64,000 nt of DNA. It comes from an uncultured Verrucomicrobiota bacterium (GTDB lineage Bacteria > Verrucomicrobiota > Verrucomicrobiia > Opitutales > Opitutaceae). Below, piece after piece: positions 9,319-20,197 of the stretch. The notes below the pieces were generated by a model, which saw nothing but the letters and a program-made list of their open reading frames with translations, searched no databases and was not told where the DNA came from. The position numbers and the translations under genes were made by a program. The stretch covers positions 26,034-90,033 of the forward strand of contig CAIOCT010000039.1 of assembly GCA_903856725.1 (NCBI GenBank), given 5' to 3'. Every line of letters starts with the position of its first letter. The stretch's first letter is position 1.

Positions 9319-11343
9319 TCAGGGCTGCACGCGGATAATCCCTTTCATCACAAGGGCGTGACCAGGGAAGCTGCAGATGAAATCATAATCTCCCGGGGTC
9401 GTCGGTGCGATGAAGTAGATCGTGTCGCTAGCGCCGGGTTGGATAATCGCCGAGTGGTAGAGAACCTCTGGGCTATCCGGGACGTAATTCTTAGCAGCAC
9501 CCGCCACGCCAAGATTGAGGGCCAAAGCGCCGATCGCTTGGCCTTGGCCTGGCGTGCACAAGACGAAATTGTGCAGCATGTCATCCGCGTTGCGGAAAAT
9601 TAAACACACACGTGCCCCTGGTTTTACTGCGAGGAGCGTTTGGTCAAACTTCAGGCCGGGCAGCGTGCTGAGAATGATGGTCTGATCGCCATCATTGGAC
9701 GGGCGGTTCCAATCTTTGGGTACCTTCGTGGCGTGTTTTGGCGTGTAGGCATTGGCCTCAGCCGCAACGGGAGCCATGCATAATTCTGCATCGGCCGGAT
9801 CGATTGGAATGATGCGATCGCCATAAGGCCGACGATTGAGGGTGTAGTATGCCGTGGAGTGCAGGAGAGTTTGGCCATCGTGAGCGGCGCGCACACCGGC
9901 CGCTTTGACCTCATGAATGTAGCCTTCACGCAAACAAACGCTCGCGAGGCGGACACTGAGTCCATCCGGGGCGACCACTACCTTACGAATAGGACAGCCG
10001 AGGCGGTTGATCGGCGCACTGCCATAGGTTTCATGATAGCGGTAGGTGAAGCCCGAGATGCGGTAGCTATCGGGGTTAGCCGCGGTCATTGGATCGACGG
10101 GTTGGGTAAAAGTGAGGAGAAAGCCATCAGGCTGCGCCTTGACCTCTTTAATTTCGAACGGCATCTGGCCGCTCCAGACGAGGCGTTCGAGCCCTTGCTG
10201 TTTGGCGCCGACCGAACCCCAGCCGCGGGCCGTCTCCCCAGCAAAAAGAGAACCATCCTCGCCGAGAGCGAGGCGAATAATCCCGCATTCAAATCCTTCG
10301 CGGAAGGCATAGGCTGCGCCCTGCCAGACGCCTTTTACTTTCTCCATGGTTACGCGCATCACTTTGCTTTGTCCTTGGTCGCCTACAAAAAATTGACCTG
10401 CAAAGGGGCCGAATTTTCCGCCAGATAAATCCTCAATGATGCCCGCATTAGAGATGCCCAAAATGGTGTGAGGCAGCCAGACAGCTGGCGGCTTGATGCC
10501 GGGGATGCGTTGGGCCACTTCGTGCATCGGTTCTCCCGTGCTAGGAATATCTTCCGGGCGCAGTTTTACGGTGGAGCCGGCTAGCTTGCTCGAGCTGAGG
10601 CCGGCGGGATGACCGGCAAAATCACCGGGTTCTACGTGCGTCACGCGACCAGAACCAACCCACTCACCTTGATTTTCGGTAAAAAACCAATCGCCTTGAG
10701 ACGACACCGTAAATCCGCAAGGCGAACGCAGGCCCGCGGCGATGGGGATGAGTTGTCCATCGGGAGTAATTTCCACCATCCACCCGCGCCAAGGAACCGG
10801 CGATTGGGTAGCACCGCCGAAGGCAACATTCAGCGTGATGCGTAAATTACCATTTGGCGCCAACACGGGTCCGTAAGCGTATTCGTGGTAGCTGCCAGAG
10901 ATCGGCAGCTTGCACACCGTTTGAAAGAGATCCGCCCGTCCGTCACCATCGGTATCGGCAATGCGCGTCAGTTCCTGCCGTTGCGCGACGTAGTAGCCGC
11001 CGGGCGGAGCTGCGATAATGCCGAGGGGCTCATGCAAGCCGGACGCAAATAATGTATAACGTGGCTGGGGGTTTTCGTCATAGGCACCCTCGATCAGCCA
11101 AATCTCCCCGCGACGAGTGGTGACCATTAAGCGTTTGCCGGGTAGCGGCAAAATGCCGCTGACTTCGAGGACGATGTTAGCAGGAACCGGGAGAGGGATT
11201 CGCTTCCAGTAGCTATTCTCGCGGGCGACGAGATTATGGGATGGCTCCACAAAGCGTTCGGCCGCTGAGGGGTCGTTCGCTTGCGCGTGGGCCGTCGGCG
11301 TGAGTGAGATGAGGAGTAAGTAAGAAAGAATGAGGCGCTTCAT
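9319..11343 (-). CDS. Secreted beta-propeller (sugar-dehydrogenase-like) protein fused to a C-terminal blue-copper (auracyanin/azurin-type) domain
   Basis: Signal peptide; propeller repeats (DTDGDGRAD, GLRSPCG, DNQGEW-like TENQGEW); type-1 Cu ligands HNFVL...CSFPGHALVM. Confidence 0.8.
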   Translation of the reverse strand: MKRLILSYLLLISLTPTAHAQANDPSAAERFVEPSHNLVARENSYWKRIPLPVPANIVLEVSGILPLPGKRLMVTTRRGEIWLIEGAYDENPQPRYTLFASGLHEPLGIIAAPPGGYYVAQRQELTRIADTDGDGRADLFQTVCKLPISGSYHEYAYGPVLAPNGNLRITLNVAFGGATQSPVPWRGWMVEITPDGQLIPIAAGLRSPCGFTVSSQGDWFFTENQGEWVGSGRVTHVEPGDFAGHPAGLSSSKLAGSTVKLRPEDIPSTGEPMHEVAQRIPGIKPPAVWLPHTILGISNAGIIEDLSGGKFGPFAGQFFVGDQGQSKVMRVTMEKVKGVWQGAAYAFREGFECGIIRLALGEDGSLFAGETARGWGSVGAKQQGLERLVWSGQMPFEIKEVKAQPDGFLLTFTQPVDPMTAANPDSYRISGFTYRYHETYGSAPINRLGCPIRKVVVAPDGLSVRLASVCLREGYIHEVKAAGVRAAHDGQTLLHSTAYYTLNRRPYGDRIIPIDPADAELCMAPVAAEANAYTPKHATKVPKDWNRPSNDGDQTIILSTLPGLKFDQTLLAVKPGARVCLIFRNADDMLHNFVLCTPGQGQAIGALALNLGVAGAAKNYVPDSPEVLYHSAIIQPGASDTIYFIAPTTPGDYDFICSFPGHALVMKGIIRVQP

Positions 11344-11352
11344 GGTGAAAGG

Positions 11353-13251
11353 TTACCAGACGAGCGTGTAGACGATGGGCTGATCGAGGGTGGCTTTGGT
11401 AATGGGAGCAACCAGTTGTTGCCGGCCGTAGCGGGTCCGCAAAAAAGGCCGCACGGGGGAATGAGCGGGGAGATCGAGGTAGTAGGCGCGATCTCCGATG
11501 ATGTAACCGCGGCCATTCGGTTGCGGGGTGATTTGTTCTGCCTCAGCGAGCAGCACCCACGATTCCCAATCAGTTTTTTTGCCGGTGATGAGCAGTGTGC
11601 GGGTTAAGCCGTGGCTAGCGGTGGCGGGAGCAATACGATCGGTGGCCGTCAGCGTTGCTAGGGTGAAGTGAAAAACAGGCTGACCGTTGGGTTCAAGTTG
11701 GTAGCCTTGAGAGGACCAGAGCGGATCCGGTTGATCCGGCCAGTCGTGAGCTGAACTCTCAATCAGCGCGAGAGCAGGTTTGGCTGATAACGTCAGCGCT
11801 GGTCCCGCGGGTTTCGCTAGCTGATTCTCTCCGCGCCCATCCCACAGTTCAAAGGTGTCGAGAAATTTCCCCCGCCACACCCGAAGAATAGCGGCCGTTT
11901 CAAAGTCATAGGCGTAATGCAAACCATCCGGCGTCCCCACATTGATTGCATAGAGATGTTTTTTTGGAGTGAAGGGTACGAAACTCCGCTGGAGTCGTAC
12001 GCGATCGGCGGAGGGCTCAATCAAGAGTTCACTCAGTTGTTCTGGGGCTGATTTCGCACCAGCTAGTTTAAGAGATTTGGGAGCGGAAAGTTCCCGGCGA
12101 GATAAGCTCGGGCCTTCTGCGATCAACTTGAAGCCCGATTTGCGATTGCTGCCGTGCATATAATCGAGGCGAATCAAGTGGCGACCAGCCGTGAGCGTGA
12201 TGGGTCTGGTGTAGCCTCCTGATTGAATCGGCTCCACGACGGGGTGCCCATCGACGAACACGCTAACCGGATCAGGCCCGCGGTCCGCGGCTGCTTGAAA
12301 AGCATAGGTTCCTGTGATGGGCACGACGAGTGTGCCGGTATAGACGAGGACAAACTTTCCAGACGCAGGGACCTCTTCGCCAGAAAACTGCCGGACCGAA
12401 CCATTACCGGTTGGGGTCGTGGCCTCATAGTCGCCCATTTTCTCCTTGGGCATGGTGGTGTATAACTTGTAGGTCAGGTCCTCGATCGCCAGGCGTGCGG
12501 CTTGATCGAAAAGTTTGTAGGTGATCGCGCGCAGGGCGACTGATCCGTGATCACCCTGAATCATGAGCGGACCGAGCGGGCCTTCGTTGTTGAAAGCCGC
12601 CGAGCGCGTCGGGCCGGTGACTTCAACATTTTCATGAATCACAAAATCGTTGAGGGCTACTTTTATGAAACGAGCGTTGGCAATTTTTCGACCAGTGGCG
12701 TCAAAGCGTGGCGCTTGAAATTCAATATGCAGGTGCTGCCAAAGGCCCGGGGCCCGACTGGCGTTGGCGCGGGGCGCAATCCCTTCGTACCCCTCGCGGC
12801 CTTTGCCGCGCGCGGCATCCCAGCGCTCATAAATACTACCACAGTCAGCAGCTGTTGGGGTTTTTACTCCCCAACTATCAAACAACTGCACCTCATAGCG
12901 GCCCATCAGGTAGACGCCGGAGTTTGATCCGGCGGTCATTAAGAAATCAAGATCGAGCTCAAGGTCACCATGCTCCCAAGCGGTGAACAAGTGGCCTCGC
13001 GCAGCAGGCGTAGGATTATTTACTAAAATTCCTGTACCCGGCAAAGTCGTGAGCAATTTTTCTGTGCGGGGGTCGCCGCCGAGCGAGCGCGCCTGTTGCC
13101 AGTTAGCGGTCGGTGCGCGGAAATTCACCAATGAATCCAGCGGCAGGTCCGTCGGCGGAATTTCAGATTGAGCGACGGCGCTGATAGCTAGCATTACGCT
13201 GGCCGCCAAGGCGCACATCACCCGTGGAAGGGAGAAGCATGGGGTAGACAT
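11353..13251 (-). CDS. Secreted DUF1080 (3-keto-disaccharide hydrolase-like) + PA14-domain protein
   Basis: NSGVYLMGRYEVQLFDS, LMIQGDHGSV DUF1080 motifs; PA14-like central region; start moved to MSTPCF before the signal peptide. Confidence 0.85.
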   Translation of the reverse strand: MSTPCFSLPRVMCALAASVMLAISAVAQSEIPPTDLPLDSLVNFRAPTANWQQARSLGGDPRTEKLLTTLPGTGILVNNPTPAARGHLFTAWEHGDLELDLDFLMTAGSNSGVYLMGRYEVQLFDSWGVKTPTAADCGSIYERWDAARGKGREGYEGIAPRANASRAPGLWQHLHIEFQAPRFDATGRKIANARFIKVALNDFVIHENVEVTGPTRSAAFNNEGPLGPLMIQGDHGSVALRAITYKLFDQAARLAIEDLTYKLYTTMPKEKMGDYEATTPTGNGSVRQFSGEEVPASGKFVLVYTGTLVVPITGTYAFQAAADRGPDPVSVFVDGHPVVEPIQSGGYTRPITLTAGRHLIRLDYMHGSNRKSGFKLIAEGPSLSRRELSAPKSLKLAGAKSAPEQLSELLIEPSADRVRLQRSFVPFTPKKHLYAINVGTPDGLHYAYDFETAAILRVWRGKFLDTFELWDGRGENQLAKPAGPALTLSAKPALALIESSAHDWPDQPDPLWSSQGYQLEPNGQPVFHFTLATLTATDRIAPATASHGLTRTLLITGKKTDWESWVLLAEAEQITPQPNGRGYIIGDRAYYLDLPAHSPVRPFLRTRYGRQQLVAPITKATLDQPIVYTLVW

Positions 13252-13357
13252 GAAAGCACGGTGATGCTCACTCGCAGCGGGTGAGACCGCAATCGGGAAG
13301 TTAGCGCGATCCGTCATAGGGTGCGTGGCAGCTGCCCGCGTCATCATCGCTGCCGAT

Positions 13358-13401
13358 AAAAAATAAGGCGCGACGCCGCGTTTGACCGCTGCATCGCGCC
13401 C
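13358..13401 (-). terminator. Probable intrinsic terminator of katG
   Basis: Minus strand GGCGCGA...TCGCGCC stem followed by TTATTTTT. Confidence 0.6.
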
Positions 13402-13437
13402 GAGTTCAGGCTAGATTATCGGTGGCCGCCGTACCGA

Positions 13438-15792
<2,355 letters not shown>

Positions 15793-15903
15793 TCATACGC
15801 AAATAATAGGCAAACTATTCCCTGAGGGCCCTAAGCTTTTCTTTAATTGAGTTGTTTTTTTACCTCTGGTCACGTGGTCCGGTGGTGGCATTGTCAGCTG
15901 CTC

Positions 15904-16632
15904 ATGAGTCGCGTGATGTGTTATCGTTGCTATTGGCCGACCCGCCATTGTTGGTGCGGTTCGATTACGCCTATGCCGACGCGCACCAAGTTTGTGTTTT
16001 TGATGCACCCTTATGAACACAAGCGAGTGAAGGCAAATACGGGCCGACTGACCCACCTATGCTTGCGCGATAGTGAACTCCATTTGGGAATAAGCTTTGA
16101 TGAGCATGCGGCGGTGCAGGCCTTGATCAACGATCCACACAATTTCCCCGTCCTGCTTTATCCGGGGCGCGACTCTCGTGATCTTTCAAAAAATGAATTA
16201 CCCGTCACTGATTTGGCCGGCCGGCGGCTGGTGGTGTTTTTACTCGATGCCACGTGGCGACTCGTCCGGCCGATGCTGCGCACGAGCCTCAGTTTGCAAA
16301 AACTTCCGCGGATCATGTTTTCCAACGCCGCGCCGAGTCGCTACGTCATTAAACGCCAGCCGGAACCTGGTTGTCTCTCGACGCTCGAGGCGACGCACGA
16401 ATTGCTGGTTGCGCTGGATCGATCGGGGCTCGACGTATATTCACAGCCGGAGCAATTGCTCGATTTGTTTCAGCGGATGCAGGAGTTCCAGATTCGTCGT
16501 ACGGCTGAAAATGAGCTTCAGGGTGGTGATCGGCGACGCGGCCCGCGCGTCCCCACAGAGAGTCCCGCTAGCTCAATTCCGCTTGGGCCGAAGCGTCGTC
16601 GAATTTTTCCTGCGCCTGCGATTGAATCATAG
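15904..16632 (+). CDS. DTW-domain tRNA-uridine aminocarboxypropyltransferase (paralogue 1)
   Basis: CYRC..CWC zinc knuckle, NTGRL, LLDATW, CLSTLEA. Confidence 0.9.
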   Translation: MSRVMCYRCYWPTRHCWCGSITPMPTRTKFVFLMHPYEHKRVKANTGRLTHLCLRDSELHLGISFDEHAAVQALINDPHNFPVLLYPGRDSRDLSKNELPVTDLAGRRLVVFLLDATWRLVRPMLRTSLSLQKLPRIMFSNAAPSRYVIKRQPEPGCLSTLEATHELLVALDRSGLDVYSQPEQLLDLFQRMQEFQIRRTAENELQGGDRRRGPRVPTESPASSIPLGPKRRRIFPAPAIES

Positions 16633-16730
16633 GTATTGCCTGGCTGCCGACTTCACTCGCTGTTGCGTGGCTTGTCGCGGGGTTTGCTGGGAGAGTTGAC
16701 CTCGCGCCCAACGCGCGGCCTGATGGGTCT

Positions 16731-17411
16731 ATGGCTAGAAGTGTTGTTTTAGCAGGCACACGGCGCTGCGAAAGGTGCCGGCTTGCGCCGCGTTGGTGTA
16801 TTTGCGAAGTGGATCATGGGGTTGCCTGTCCGCTGCAGATTGACGTGCTCATTCATCAGCGCGAATATTGGCGGCCTTCGAGCACGGGGCGGCTTATCAA
16901 TCGGCTGATTCCTGCTTCTCGGCATCATCTCTTCCGCAGCGAAACACCGCCGTCGCCGGACACCATTGCGATGCCCGGGCGAGCGCTGTGGATTTTACAT
17001 CCGCGGGGCGAGCCGCTCCCCACTGGAGTTCCCCCGGCTGAGGTGCAAGTGTTGTTACTGGATGGCAGTTGGCGCGAAGCGGCCCGTATGTCATTAGTGA
17101 CGGCTTCTTGGGGGCGTTTGGTACGATTGCCTATGACCGGTCCGAGCCGGTACGGCCTACGAGAGCATCAGCAGGAAGGGAAATATTCTACGATGGAGGC
17201 CCTTCTTTTTTTGCTGACCGCCTTCGGTTTATCGACCGAGGCCAGCCAGTTGCAGCTGCAGTTTGAGTTGCACGTTTATGCTGGCTTGCGCGCCCGGGGC
17301 GCCAAAGCCGCGGCGGAGGAATTCTTAGTCACATCGCCAATTCGCGAAGCTTTTCCTGATCTATTGAAAAAGTTCGCTTCCTTAAAAATGAATGGCGATG
17401 CGCGGCGATAA
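16731..17411 (+). CDS. DTW-domain tRNA-uridine aminocarboxypropyltransferase (paralogue 2, TapT-like)
   Basis: CERC..CIC zinc knuckle, RPSSTGRLI, LLDGSW, YSTMEA. Confidence 0.88.
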   Translation: MARSVVLAGTRRCERCRLAPRWCICEVDHGVACPLQIDVLIHQREYWRPSSTGRLINRLIPASRHHLFRSETPPSPDTIAMPGRALWILHPRGEPLPTGVPPAEVQVLLLDGSWREAARMSLVTASWGRLVRLPMTGPSRYGLREHQQEGKYSTMEALLFLLTAFGLSTEASQLQLQFELHVYAGLRARGAKAAAEEFLVTSPIREAFPDLLKKFASLKMNGDARR

Positions 17412-17456
17412 ATTCCTCGGGCTTGCGCGGGGACGCTGCTTCTGGCAATTTAAGGA

Positions 17457-17978
17457 ATGCAACTTTTACGCTCGGGGCTGCTGGTTGGGGCCGCGTTAAT
17501 TTTACTGGGCTGTGGCCCCACTCAGTCGGTGGTCCCGCTGGCTCCAGTCATTGATGAAGCGGCTCTTCGCCGGTTAGAGCTTTTTGGAGAGAGTGCGCAA
17601 GCAGCGGAGATCGTGTGGCGTTCGAGTGGGCTAGGGATTCAGATCATCACGCCGGGCGAGGGGGCAGCTCCTACGCTGGCGGATCGCGTTCGGGTGCATT
17701 ATATTGGTCGGCTCAAGGATGGTAAAATTTTTGATGACTCCCACCAGCGCGGTAAACCTTCAGATTTTACGGTCAATCGGTTGATCACCGGCTGGGCCGC
17801 CGCCATGCCCGCGCTCAAGCCGGGCGGTCGGGCGATTTTTTTTATCCCACCGAGTCTCGGCTATGGTGGCATGCGCTCAGGAATCATTCCGCCAGTGTCA
17901 GGATTAATTTTTGAAGTTGAGCTGTTGGCTGTTAATCCAGAGCCGACAGTCAAAGCGGGTGGGGCGGCCGAGCATTAA
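17457..17978 (+). CDS. FKBP-type peptidyl-prolyl isomerase, probable lipoprotein
   Basis: LLGC lipobox-like motif; VRVHYIGRLKDGKIFDDS, LITGW, IPPSLGYG, LIFEVELL. Confidence 0.92.
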   Translation: MQLLRSGLLVGAALILLGCGPTQSVVPLAPVIDEAALRRLELFGESAQAAEIVWRSSGLGIQIITPGEGAAPTLADRVRVHYIGRLKDGKIFDDSHQRGKPSDFTVNRLITGWAAAMPALKPGGRAIFFIPPSLGYGGMRSGIIPPVSGLIFEVELLAVNPEPTVKAGGAAEH

Positions 17979-18037
17979 CGCCGGGTAAACTCATCCTTCG
18001 GGAGTCGAAATTGATTGGGCCACAGATCGCCCTGAAT

Positions 18038-19249
18038 TCAGCGTCCCGCTGGGAAGGTCGATTTGAAGGCAGCCAGGTCGATCTTGCGAATGCGCAGCCG
18101 GCTCAATCGGTGCTGGTCGCCTTGGCCGCCGGCACAATACGCTAGAAGCACGGACTTAGTGGTGAAGTGGATCGCGGTGTAGCAATAGCCCTCTTGGGTA
18201 GCCTCATTCTGATCGACGAGAAAGGCGGGGCCCCAGCTAGCGTCGGTGGTGCCATCACCAATCGCGCCAACGAGGGGTGTGCGGTCTCCGCCGGGTTTTG
18301 CGAGTGGTCGAGTTTGGTAGTTTGGAATGGGATTCCAAACGGCCAGCAGCAGCTTCGAGTCGGGTAGTCGCTTAATCGAGAGCGGTGAGACGGGCGAGCT
18401 AAAGCGGGAGGGTTGGGGGACCGTCCAAGTGTTGCCCCCGTCATGGGAGAAAAATTCATATTGGCGGCCAAGGTCGGTACGAGCATAGCCCCACAGCACG
18501 CCATTGGGCATTTCGACGACGCCAGGTTCTTGCAAACCGGTGGTCGTGTGGGGGCTTGGAAGGGTGCAGGTTTGCGCCGCCTCGCGCCACGTGCGGCCAT
18601 CATCGTCGGAAAGGAAAAAAGAGGCAATGCCCCGCCAGTCGAGTGCCTCTGGTTCGTTGGCATCGTGAAGTTTCCGGTGCAACGCGACTGGAATAAGTAA
18701 GCGCCCTGAGCTCAGACGAATGACGCGGTCATTGTTCATCACGTAATATTCGGAGGCAGCCATGCACTCGACGGGATCCGACCAGGTGACCCCTTCGTCT
18801 GCTGAGCGACGAAGACGCGAGCGCACATCGTGCCAGCTGTTTCGTAAAGCATAGAAGAGACCAAGATCACCGTTGCCCAAACGAAGCAGGGAGACGCTCA
18901 TTACATTCATGGCTTTGGTCTCACCTGGCGTGGCGAGAATCGTGTCGCCACTCCAGGTCTCGCCGTCATCTGACGAGGTGCGCATAGCCAATACCGCCTT
19001 CGCGTGGTCGTCAAAGGCATCTCCGACGAAATGACTATAAATCAATAACAGGCGTCCGTCTTTTAAGGTAACAAAAGAACCTTCGCTATTGCGAGCGTTG
19101 CCGGGGCTCGGCGCGAGTTCCAGCACACTGTGACTCGTGGCTAGACGGGTCGCGGTTGTGCCCGCAAGGGCTGCGGCTTGGCTAGAAGACAGAGTCGTCA
19201 GCAGGCTGAGGATCAAGGTGAGTGGCAGATAGCGGGGGAGATGAATCAT
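18038..19249 (-). CDS. Secreted BNR/Asp-box sialidase-like (GH33-related) beta-propeller
   Basis: Four SxDxGxTW Asp-boxes (SSDDGETW, SADEGVTW, SDDDGRTW, SHDGGNTW); RNSEG, LQEPG, YCYT; start moved to MIHLPRY. Confidence 0.88.
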   Translation of the reverse strand: MIHLPRYLPLTLILSLLTTLSSSQAAALAGTTATRLATSHSVLELAPSPGNARNSEGSFVTLKDGRLLLIYSHFVGDAFDDHAKAVLAMRTSSDDGETWSGDTILATPGETKAMNVMSVSLLRLGNGDLGLFYALRNSWHDVRSRLRRSADEGVTWSDPVECMAASEYYVMNNDRVIRLSSGRLLIPVALHRKLHDANEPEALDWRGIASFFLSDDDGRTWREAAQTCTLPSPHTTTGLQEPGVVEMPNGVLWGYARTDLGRQYEFFSHDGGNTWTVPQPSRFSSPVSPLSIKRLPDSKLLLAVWNPIPNYQTRPLAKPGGDRTPLVGAIGDGTTDASWGPAFLVDQNEATQEGYCYTAIHFTTKSVLLAYCAGGQGDQHRLSRLRIRKIDLAAFKSTFPAGR

Positions 19250-19421
19250 AAAAGAACAGGCAAATAATTGATCAGGGCGCGGGATGAATAAAGCCAGTTT
19301 TGGGCTGGGGATTTCGAATGAATGCAAAGAGGGCGCTAAAGCTTAAAGCGTGAGCTGCCTGTCATTTCTCCTGGCAGGCCTCCCGCTAGCTTCGTGGAGG
19401 CATTAGCTTGGCCTTCACCGG

Positions 19422-20012
19422 CTAGGGTTTTTCTGAAGCGGACTCGGTTGGCCTTGGCGTTAAGCTGGCGCGCCGAAACAGCCAGGCGGCTCCGACATAC
19501 ATAATAATAAAGAATGCATTGAGGACTAAAATTACCAGCCAGGCCGGCACTGAGGCAGGAGTGATTTTTAAAAATAGCAGCGCAATCACAGGGACCAAGG
19601 CCTGAGCGAAGGCCATTGCAGATAACGTGCGAGCCATGCCTGGCGGCTGACCGCGCGTTATGATGGTGCCGATAATTCCTACTCCAAGGACGCCCGCATA
19701 CAGGAGGTTAGCGGGATTGCCCTCATCCCCGATGATTCCCACGGCGAGGTTTACCCAGATGAGGATGAATACCGCCGCGAGAGCAACCGCGATAGCCGTT
19801 CGATAGGCTCGATTGCCAGTCGCTTGGCTGGCTAGTTCGTAGGCACCGCCTGCGCCAGCCAACATGGCGGCAAAGAGCATAAAATCAGCAAGCTCCCACG
19901 AAACTTCTGTTGTGTACTGCATCGCCAGCCACGGCAGCAGCAGCATAAATCCGGCGACGCCCCAGCGAGCTATTCGCCAGAATTTATCGCTCCTTATTTT
20001 ATTATTTTTCAT
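19422..20012 (-). CDS. Hypothetical integral membrane protein (~5 TM)
   Basis: Hydrophobic segments; LLLPWLAMQYTTEVSW and WVNLAVGIIGDEGNPANL patterns typical of a widespread uncharacterised family. Confidence 0.75.
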   Translation of the reverse strand: MKNNKIRSDKFWRIARWGVAGFMLLLPWLAMQYTTEVSWELADFMLFAAMLAGAGGAYELASQATGNRAYRTAIAVALAAVFILIWVNLAVGIIGDEGNPANLLYAGVLGVGIIGTIITRGQPPGMARTLSAMAFAQALVPVIALLFLKITPASVPAWLVILVLNAFFIIMYVGAAWLFRRASLTPRPTESASEKP

Positions 20013-20197
20013 TTTTACCGGTCAGCCCGGCATTCCCGGGTTCAGTAATTTATGAAGTGAGGCTTCATGAGAAATCTTGCTCATGGGTTGAAGGGAGAGC
20101 TTATAATTTCCGGCGGTGCAGGGTTAAATTAACCCGCACATTCTTTAACTGATGCGCACCCAGCCTAGCCTAGCCTAGCTCAAGCAAGATCGTCGGG

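Noticed and set aside
15805-15819. Perfect inverted repeat AATAG-GCAAA-CTATT upstream of katG, considered as an OxyR site
   Set aside because: OxyR boxes are ATAG-N7-CTAT in tandem; this is a single N5 unit, so it cannot be assigned
20003-20086. 27-codon ORF (MSKISHEASLHKLLNPGNAGLTGKNEK) overlapping the start of the membrane-protein gene
   Set aside because: No regulatory codon run, attenuator or motif; likely chance
20162-20179. AGCCT tandem repeat, about 3.5 copies
   Set aside because: Too short, intergenic, and no phase-variation context
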